This document shows, piece by piece, positions 63,513 to 64,000 of a stretch of DNA of 64,000 nt. The notes beneath the pieces are model-generated. The model saw only the letters and a list, made by a program, of their open reading frames with translations, had not been told where the DNA came from and did no database searches. Source of the stretch: Basidiobolus meristosporus CBS 931.73 (lineage: Eukaryota > Fungi > Basidiobolomycota); NCBI GenBank assembly GCA_002104905.1, contig MCFE01000197.1:62001-126000 (forward strand), given 5' to 3'. Both the position numbers and the translations under genes were made by a program. Numbering within the stretch: the stretch's first letter is position 1; every line of letters starts with the position of its first letter.

Positions 63513-64000
63513 TGGATTTTAATGGAGTTACTTGTTGAGTGTGGGGTTGGGCTTAATGTTAGTGTAGGGTATAGAGACTTATATAGGTCAATACAATTGG
63601 CAATTGAGGTACAACTGAATTTTCAACAGAAATAAATCAATTTGTACGCATGAAAAGTAAGAGAAATGATTGAGTCAGGAAGTAAGGAGTGTGAAAAAGA
63701 GGTAATAGCCAATCAATTCACACAAACATAGGATGCAATAGAGTGTCTGGGATCAGAAAGTGCGCAAATTGGCAGGGAACCAATCAAAAGCCACTCATAC
63801 ATTGTTGTGATGAAAAATTTGACAAAGTTTTTTGTGAAATCTGGGGTGCAATTATTTTTCAACGGTCTCTGGATGGTGTCCTGACAAGATCAGTACCTCT
63901 CAGTCATGGGACATTAACTTTGTGATGGCCTTTTGACGGGATCATCTCAATAATTTTTCATAGGGTATCAAGGCCAGTATTTTGCCACACAACTCATGTT

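Larger units (their letters stand above)
59044..63965. mobile_element. CACTA/EnSpm element with both termini, internally deleted transposase and full-length ORF2
   Basis: Left CTCTATGAAAAATAATT, right AATAATTTTTCATAGGG; flanks GATC/TATC; empty-site homolog near 61205-61225. Confidence 0.9.

Overview
Eukaryotic, gene-free and strongly CpG-depleted DNA made almost entirely of nested, mostly degenerate transposons. No host gene, rRNA, tRNA or CRISPR array could be supported. A large-genome fungus is inferred from the protein styles but not confirmed. Family labels below are my own working names. The window holds: two Ty1/Copia families; Ty3/Gypsy family A (three large copies plus fragments); one near-complete Ty3/Gypsy B element (44518-52498, LTRs about 98% identical by eye, tRNA-Lys PBS); solo LTRs of further families (C, D, E); many copies of a CACTA/EnSpm (tnp2-type) DNA transposon with CCCTATGAAAAAT TIRs, an apparent 4-bp TSD and a divergently oriented second ORF; and a non-coding 734-bp foldback element (347-bp arms, 40-bp loop, AAT TSD). 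The most notable signals are the foldback family, an apparent CG-centred target preference of the B/C LTR lineage, the 4-bp-TSD head-to-head CACTA element that nests in itself, a mini-LTR Gypsy derivative, and a solo LTR carrying a TAAAGGGG array plus a CpG-rich patch. All alignments and identities were estimated by eye.
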